From assembly GCA_038496445.1 (NCBI GenBank), contig JALMLS010000027.1, forward strand, positions 220,552-284,551: 64,000 bases of DNA, written 5' to 3'. Shown here piece by piece: positions 55,880 through 64,000 of this stretch. Position numbers and translations under genes: made by a program. Within the stretch, counting starts at the first letter, position 1. Each line of letters starts with the position of its first letter. The notes beneath the pieces were generated by a model that made no database searches, was not told the origin of the DNA, and saw only the letters and a program-made list of their open reading frames with translations. The DNA is from Trichosphaerium sp. ATCC 40318 (Eukaryota; Protista; Tubulinea).

Positions 55880-56653
55880 GACTACTAAGGTGAGGGTATG
55901 CTAAATGTCACTTGAAACACGCTGACTCAGTTGTTAACGGGCAAGCAATTTGTATGTTTACAAGTCGGTTTGTATGTTTTTGACTGAGAATTGCGTATCT
56001 AGCTATATAGAAGTGTAATCTGCTAACTCAAGAAAGTTACTTTTTTTTGGCAATAGTGACACCAAAGCGTTCGCTTTACTAGACAGCCTACATAAAACTA
56101 CTTTCGTGAGGCAAGCGGCGAGCGAGTCTTAAGGAGTTAAGCTCTATAACGCCATAGCTGTACCAGAAAAACAGAAAAAGCTACTATTACCACTCCTTTT
56201 AGTGCATAATTGACAGAACGACGCGTGAATTGCTACTTGGAGACACCAAATGAACATGGGCAGTAAGAACTCGAAGGGAGACGTAATCCCCAAGGTACAG
56301 TTGGCTACGCTTGGCGCAGCGTAATAGTTATTAGGAGCCGTTTGCAAAATTGCTGGAGTCATTTCAGCCGGCAGGTGGTACCAGCGTGCATGAGGTACGC
56401 TGAGTTCGCGTTTAAAGGCTAACTCCGTTATTTAGGTCCTTGAAGCAATAAAATGGTTCCAACGAACAATTAGCGAGATAACCAGCTCTGGAGAAGCCTT
56501 TGCGGTTGACTTGAAATCAGCGCCATTTTGTTCTGTGTTTACCAAATTCTCTCAAGTCCGATCAGTGCTTCTGTCTATGGGTACAAATCGCTTTCAGTTG
56601 AAAGAGTGCTAATAAAGGTTCTTGCAGGCTTCAGAACAAAAGAAGGTGACAAA

Positions 56654-59600
56654 ATGGAATTAAAGCCCGATGAAAAACTACTGGAAACCTTGCAGACACA
56701 GAAAAACGATTTAACAAATGTCGTAACAAAACTAACCGGTACGTTTGATTTTTCTTGTTCGATACGTAAGAAAACGATAAATTACGCTACTTGTTACCAC
56801 TAAAGGAAAACAGAAAACAAGAACTATCGGCTTTTTTAATTTCTCACAAAATCGCCACAAACTTCCCGAAAAATATGCTTTTGCGTTTATTCTTACTACG
56901 CGACTTCATAGCGCGTGTTGACGATGAAAAAAATATATTAAATCGTTAATTTAGCTGGTACTACAAACAAATACGCTTTTCTTCCACATATGGCGCCTGC
57001 ACGCTGGACGGCATTAAAGACTGTAATTTCTGGCAAAGTTGGAAATCTTACAGCTTTTGACAAGTTTTCTGCTAATCTTGGAAAATCCAAATCTGCAAAT
57101 TTCATAAGGTTAGTAATAATCACTTAGATCATTTAAATTACCTTTTTATTCGGTGTGTTTGTTAGCTAATATTTTCTTTTTACAGGGAGTACTACTCAGA
57201 TGCTGCATGTAAAATTAGTGAAGAGCATAAGGCTGAGAGAGGTAAACTTTGGTGACAAGTCTTGTTTACGCTTTTTACACTGGTGTTTTTTTTTCTCTGA
57301 CTATTAACACGTTCTTCTCAGACGAATTTTTTGGCGTCATCTTGCCCTTCATTTCATCGTTGGCACTTCGTGTTGAAGAATTGTTTCCTAAAAAGCTTTC
57401 GTTATTGCGACCAAACAAAAACTCAAAGGTCGATATGAGTAGAGAACAGGTGAGGTTATCTCCTTTTTTTCTTTCTTGTGGTTCACTTTCTGTAAAATTA
57501 ATCAACTCCACAAAGGTGGCTTGTCTTCTGTCACACTTTTTCCTTGGTACTCTAGATGCTCCAAAAGACATTCACGCGTACGATTTACATTTTGTTTGGG
57601 AATATTAATCTAATGATTTTATTCTAGTGGTTTGCCAACCTTCAGTCGTTGCGATTTTGAATTCTTACGTGCAACTGATCAAAAACCTTCCACGAATTCT
57701 GAGGTATATAATTAATTAAGCCTTAATCTCATGGTTTTTACTAGGCTTTAATGTTGTGTATTCTATCATATTTTAGACAACTAGTTAAAGAGATCCCAAA
57801 GGGACAAGTCAGTATTCAAAGACTTGTACGTTTTTTTTAATGAACTTTCCATATTTTGTTTTATTCTTACCTATGGTATTAGAGCGTAGAAAACGATGGT
57901 ATGGACTGGAATAGTAGTGATAAACCTATTATCGATGTTACTGTAAGTAAAGAAGATGTTCTATCCAAATTCCATGTAGAATTCGTCAACACACAACTCG
58001 GTTCAGGTAATTACTGGCGTAAAGTTTTTCTTTTTATTTCGATGTTTAATGTTTTTGAAATAGATTCTGTATACGAAGATAGTTTGTTTGCAATTAAACC
58101 CGAAGCATTTATTGTACGAGATAGGATTCTTCTGTATTTACTTAATTGTGCTACCTAGTCCTTGTTTTTATGTCCACAAATGAAATCTAGCGAAGCTGTT
58201 GTAATTAGTGGTGTTGAACGATTCTCTGAGTATAGCGGATGTAGAGATACCCTAAATTATGAAGGTGCATACAAAGATAAGACGGCCTTTAACGAAGAAT
58301 TGGAGTATGTAAACAATCATATCTTTGGTAAGGATCAAAGATTACTTTTTAATTTGCTAATAATGTTTAAAGTTACAACTGGAATAGCAGGAAAAGATTC
58401 TAAATTTGACAAAGAGTATGTTTATAGTCTTTTTCTTAGTCATGTTATGTTTCTTTTTGGCTCACAGTAGTATAGACATATTTTAGAAGGTGTCATGCAA
58501 GTTTATGTGAGCTTGTGCGTTCCTGATGAGTACTATGTTGGAAAATCTGAGGTTCGCACTGCTACTGGTAACTGGGTATGCTTTATTGTTATTTCAAGCT
58601 ATCAGATGCTAATTAAATTTGGTATAGGGTTGCGGAGACCTTGGGGAACTCAGAGCAGTTCAACAGCTTATTGCTTTATCTCAAGTTGGTAAACCTGCTA
58701 CATATTGCACGTTCAAGAACGCTAAGGCCGCTAAAGTACTAGCATATTAGCAGAGGTTGTGCTAATCATGTGCTAGGAGTTTGAATCATTTGTATCGTTT
58801 TGTACAGAAAACTCCCTAACTGTTGGTAATGTGGTTGAGGCACTGACTTCTTGTACTTCTGGAACTTCTGTATTCGATACATGCAAGGCATATATTACGA
58901 ATAAGACTAAAGCAAAGGTTGACATCACGTACGTATCGAAGAAGAAAAGAAAAAAAAGCCTTTGTTAATCGTGTTTGTTTAGTAATAAGAAAGTGGCTGA
59001 AGTGACTGCAAAGAACAAGAAGAAACGGAGCAAAGTACTATCCATTAGATCCAAGAAGGTATATTACTTGTAAAGTACCATCGCTAGCATCACTCTAACC
59101 CATTTCTTTCCTTTTAGAAGCTAGAAGGTGAAATTCAAAGGTTGGAAGATGAAAGTAAAAGTGGGTCTAAAAGTCCTAACCCTAAAAGTCCTTCTGGAGA
59201 GTTTAAAGCTCCTACTTTTGTACGTCTAGTCTTGATAAATCCATTTTATTGTTTTTAACGTACGTTTGTGAATTAGGGTGGTACAATTGCAGACACTAAG
59301 AATATGAATACAAGTGGTATGTAGCTATTTTTATACAAACAAAAAGTGTTTCAAGGTTTTTTGACTTTTTCCAATAGCTCCAGTATTTAAACGCCCAGCC
59401 TCAACTGCTCGCGGTAAATCACCGTACGTTTTGCCCACGGTTTTTTTTGAAATGGCATGTGCACTTTCTAACAGTTCGTTAGTGTGCAAATGGTAAAACA
59501 AAATAGCAAGAGGAGAAATAGGACACAATCTGTTGATTATACAAATACTGGCGGTTTTGCTGGTACAAGTTTATTATCCAACGAGCTCTTCTTTATACTT

Positions 59601-61924
59601 ACGATTACTGTAGGTGAAGGATTCACATTTGATCCTCTTGCGGGTAAGAAAGGTATCCTAAGAAAAGCCAAAGGACAAAAAAAAGGGCGAGCAAGATTTG
59701 GCACTATTACACGCCGTTCGTTGAAAGAATCCGTTGAAGTCAATCATGTTGCTATGGTAGCCAGTGAGTCTAGAACATTTACCAATGTGCATTTTGTAGT
59801 TGGGGTACGATATTAAACAGTTGTTTAGCAATGGCTGTATGCTAACAAAGTATTCATTTAGGGCGTTGTAATTCCAGCTCACATGTATGTGTTACAGTAC
59901 AGGTGTCCAAACATGTTGGATAAAGCAATTCGTGCTAAAAAAGCGAAAAAAGATGTCACTATTTTAGAACTTCAAGATTTAATGCCTCTTGTACCTGCGG
60001 CACTTGAGCGCGTATTACATTACATATACAGGTATGAAATTATTGCCTTTCATTTTTTTATGATACAACCACGTGCACAGCATGGTTTTTAGTCATTTGT
60101 GGTGTTGTTTGTTTTTTGCTTATTTCGATGCTTAGTGGTGCTTTGGATTATGAAGCAATGAGTGATATTTTGGCTGTATCTGTTATTTATCTCGCTAATT
60201 TATATGAGATGCACCGCTTGTTGGAAATAACCCAACAGTGGTTACTTTCTCAATTGACATTATCAAATGTCTTTAGCGTACTTCGTTTATCTGGAGAGAT
60301 GCAAGTACGTCATAGAAGAGCTAGTCAATACAAGTGATCCTTATTGTTTTTTCCTCTTAGATTAAAGCAGCAAAGCAAGTTTGCTTTCAATTCGCATTAA
60401 ACCATAAAGCCGATTTCCTTTCGAATCAAAAAGTAAAGCTTCTTGGCATTGAGTTGTTTCAAGAGGTTGTATTGATAGTAAGAAGTGGTAAGCACCTCTC
60501 ACTTTGTCAGTAATCTAAAATCTTACCTTTTCTTCAAGATAAAACTTCAGTGCTTCCTAGAGCAAGATTATTGGATAAATTCACCATTAAAGGCGATTTT
60601 ATGGAGCTCTTTGACAAGAAGCAGGTACGGACAGCAACTTTATATCGTAAATATCTTATAATCTTTTGTAGACAACAGGTGACGTTTCCTTTGCAGTAAA
60701 GGGCGGTTCAGTTACCTGTCACAAGGCTCTAATGTCAGAGTACGTTAAACATTTACCTTTTGGTATCTGTTGAAGGTTGTCATGGCTCACTTCAATTTTA
60801 CAGGGCCTCTGATAAATTCAAAGCCATGTTTACTCTCAGTAAGGGAGAGACTTGCAAGTTTGATAAACGTTACAAGGACGTAGATAAGAAGTCATTTACA
60901 GAACTTCTTCGCTGGATTTATTACAAACACAAGGATGTACGTTATATGGAATTTGCTTTGTGTCCAGAGACACGTTTGACGTTTTTTGATTTTGATGTTT
61001 GTCTAATTGCGACTAGATTCCTGTACTTTGTGCTTGCAACCTCGTAGATCTCGTAGAGAGCTATAATATGCCAGAACTATTAAGTGTTTTGACTGAGATT
61101 CTAGAATCGAATGTGAGACCTCAAACAGCACTTTATATCCTGAATGTAACGTATTTACCATGCCTGAAATACAACAAAGCTCTTAAGTACGTTTAAAAAA
61201 ACTCAAACAAACCCACCGACTTTGTAACTCTTCAATTTGACATCTTTTCTAGACAAAACTGTATCAATTGTCTCGTTAAAGAGATGGATACTGTAGATTT
61301 AAAACCTCTCAAAAAAATGAGACCAGAATTACAGAGTACGTTGAAGTTTAAGAAGAGTACTCAATGCCTTACTAAATGGTATTTTTAGACGATCTGCTAT
61401 TCTCTTGGCAACTTGGTATTGGCAAGTTGTGGTTCAAGAGAGAAGAGCCAAAAGTTATTAAAGATACATCCGCCGATGAAGAAGAGAAAAAAGTAGCTGC
61501 TAAGCTAAAGCCGCTTAACCTTGCAGATGGAAAAATGAAGAAGATACGAGAGAAGGACTCAACACGTACGTTGAGTGCTCGTAAATCTCAACAAATGGAA
61601 CAACTAGCTGCAGCTTCTCGAGCGAAGGCAAATGGAACAGCAGATGCTAACAATGATGGTGATGGTGATGATGCTGGTGATGCTATGAGTGAGACTGAGG
61701 ATATTGTATTCGTTCAAAGGAAGAAGAGGGAACCTCTTACCGAAGGAGAGATTTCTGTTGCATCTACTGACAAACCTGTTGAGCCTTCAAAGGAAAAGAG
61801 TGAGGATTTATCTCCTGCAGAAGTTTTACAAAATCTTGAGAGGGAGAAGCGTTTAGCACGCTTGAAGGCTATAAATCGAGGTTCATCTGGAAGGAATAGT
61901 ATTGGTAAAGGAATGAATGAGTGA
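56654..61924 (+). CDS. Poly(ADP-ribose) glycohydrolase (PARG)-like domain fused to two BTB/POZ domains and a charged tail
   Basis: PARG-like: FFGVILPFISSLAL, MSREQVACLLSHFFLGT, CILSYF, EAVVISGVERFSEYSG, ATGNWGCG, QQLIALSQ...YCTF, LTVGNV. Frame-consistent linker exons 58777-59804. BTB1 TNVHFVVGGVVIPAHMYVLQYRCP...ALERVLHYIYSG; BTB2 GDVSFAVKGGSVTCHKALMSEASDKFKAMF...FTELLRWIY. Confidence 0.85.
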
Positions 61925-62613
61925 AAATGTCAAGGCACGTGTTCATTTGGAAAAAAAAAATGAAAAAAAAATACAATAAAATTGGTTTGTTCAGAGGTAT
62001 TGTAGTAACGTCTTTAGAAAGCTCATAACCTCCTTGTCATTCCATTTGCGTGCCATTCATGGCAGTGACTCATGGTATGCTCGCGCATGTAAGGTCGTTT
62101 AACCTTTAATACAAACTGACCCATAAGTCGCCCTTTTTTTTGTGATTTGTTTAACTTCCAACAATGTTCAGAAGACTGTTAGATAGAGCAGTTTTCTACG
62201 TTGTTTATTATTAGCGAATTTTAGGCCTCTCATAACATGTAAGAAAAAACAAGGCCAAGTTTAGAAAAAGTACGAAACGTCATGCGTTGTAGATTTATTC
62301 CCAGGTGTTTGAGAAAATGTATCGTTTTCTGGATAACCACAGAAAAACTTTCGAAATATCTAACCTTGCGTTTGCGCACTGAATACAAGCGTCGAGCGCT
62401 AAACCGCTAACTGTTACGTCGCTGGTGATAACACAAATCTTTTTCTTTGTAATATTACCACGTGGGTTTGAAAAGGCATTTTTTTACCATACAAGCAAGG
62501 CTTTGCTCTTGAACACCTGTATTGAGCAATGTGAAGCGGTTTTCCATTCTCGCTGACCTCACTTAACTGTCCATTTGGAACTTTCTTTAAACAAAGCTCA
62601 ACGCATCTCTAAA

Positions 62614-63471
62614 ATGAAGATTTTCGCTTTCGCTGTTGTATTTCTCTTCGCTTCTACTCTAGCTGTTATTTTACATGAGCAGAAGATTAATTTGCCTAAA
62701 AGAGTCCAGAGTTTCAGTTACAAGAACTGTGGCTCTGCTTCTGACCCTATTAAACTCGAAATGTTGACTGTCGCCCCTGATCCATTGGTACGAGTTAATT
62801 TTTTTTTGTTTCCCTTTTTTACCCTTCTCGTATCAATGTTTGGCCCCTCACACCTTTAGAAACTCGATGCCAACATTACGCTTGCCGTAAAGGGAGACAT
62901 TGGCGTTACTGTAGCCAACCTATCGACTTACAAGGCTGAAGTCGTTATTAAGAAGAAGATCTTGGGTGTCTTTATTGAAGTACCATGTACGTAAGGCTTG
63001 AGCCAAGAATGCCTTTTTTAGTCCGATTTTTCTTCTCTTCTTTTTCTGAAACTCAAACTCCTTTTCTTTGGTTCTCACCCATATTTTTAGGTATCGATAA
63101 CATTGGCACGTGCACATACGATAACTTCTGCAGTCTCTTTAAACCAAAAGACGGAAAGTGCAGCGGTGTTTTAGCTAAATACAACATTCCTTGCGCTTGT
63201 CCTTTGTACGTCTCAAAGTCTTCTGTTGCCACGCGTGCTCATAAATTATCTTTTTTAGCCCAAGCGGAACTTATGCTATTCCTACTCAAGAAGTTTACGT
63301 AAAAGATCCTGGTCTCGGCTGGCTTGTAGGCGTACGTGCACATCTGTTTTTCGAGGTGTATTTTCTGATTTTCTTATTTTTTTTCAGGGAGATTATGAAG
63401 TACAAGGAACTTTGCTTGATCCTGCTGGAAAAAGATTGGCATGTTATTCTCTAACTTTGTCAATTGCGTAA
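62614..63471 (+). CDS. ML (MD-2-related lipid recognition) domain protein, GM2-activator-like
   Basis: Signal MKIFAFAVVFLFASTLA; FSYKNCGSASDP..LTVAPDP; EVPCIDNIGTCTYDNFC; IPCACP; WLVGGDYEVQG; RLACY; stop 63469-63471. Confidence 0.92.
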
Positions 63472-64000
63472 ATGGAAAATAAAACCTCAATCACGTGATA
63501 GTTGTGCCTTTTTTTTTTTTCGTTTTTCTTCATTATAAGCCCTCCAACATGATTGTTCGGTATAAGTGTTATGGCTGTGTAGAATGTAGTTTGCGTGGTA
63601 TACCTATTAAAACTTGTTTCAGAATACGTTTCTTGCTTTTTAAAGCGATATTTGCAGTGGAACTCGACCTGCTGCTTGCTACATGAAGAAAACTGGCCGC
63701 AAATACTCGAGAAACGTCGCGCAACCTCGGGAACAATAGTGCCAAACCTACAAAAGAACTTCAAATACCGTGTAAGAAACTAAGCATGTGTAGGCCTCAC
63801 CAAGCATTTTTGAGTGACGAGCCTCGTTTGACGAGATTGAGAAGTTAAGAATTAAAGTTGGAGTTCTCTACTAGGATGTGTTACACCTTCGTAGTTTTGA
63901 ATTGGATAGTACTGTTGATGGTCATAGCCGCATACAAACCTGACGTTTCAATGAAACTCTACTCTCGAGAAGTTCACTTTACGTTGTATCTGAAGAAACA

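Noticed and set aside
63444-64000. ORFs at the right edge
   Set aside because: Low-complexity or overlapping the ML gene 3' end; no supportable model within the window.

Overview
Eukaryotic, AT-rich (roughly 35-37% GC by eye), gene-dense genomic DNA with very many short spliceosomal introns (mostly ~40-120 nt; donor consensus GTACGT/GTATGT/GTAAGT, plus several GC donors). The ORF track only shows exon fragments, so I spliced the genes by hand and checked reading frame at the key junctions. The gene set (class I PI3K with Ras-binding domain, AprA/PqaA homologue, GM2A-like ML protein, acid lipase, PEX13 with SH3) suggests a free-living phagotrophic protist, probably amoebozoan; this is inference only. 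About 22 protein genes: an RHD/Velvet-like + IPT transcription factor (truncated by the window start), a secreted LanC-like protein, a FANCJ-like helicase, an F-box/LRR protein, a basic protein, STI1/HOP, SAP18, PEX13, an inverted tail-to-tail pair of Crinkler-type REase+kinase genes, a membrane-anchored intradiol dioxygenase-like protein, a Cys-rich secreted protein, acid lipase, a beta-helix glycosidase-like protein, a PepX_C-like orphan, an aldo-keto reductase, two more F-box proteins, an AprA-like protein, a helical-repeat protein, a GH16, PI3K, a PARG-like/BTB/BTB fusion and an ML-domain protein. I found no rRNA, tRNA or CRISPR. Top leads: (1) a catalytically degenerate PARG fused to tandem BTB domains, a candidate ADP-ribose-reading CUL3 adaptor; (2) an NF-kB/NFAT-like RHD+IPT architecture in a probable non-opisthokont; (3) a ~6.2 kb inverted duplication of SAP-REase-kinase effector genes; (4) a secreted LanCL with a remodelled active site.
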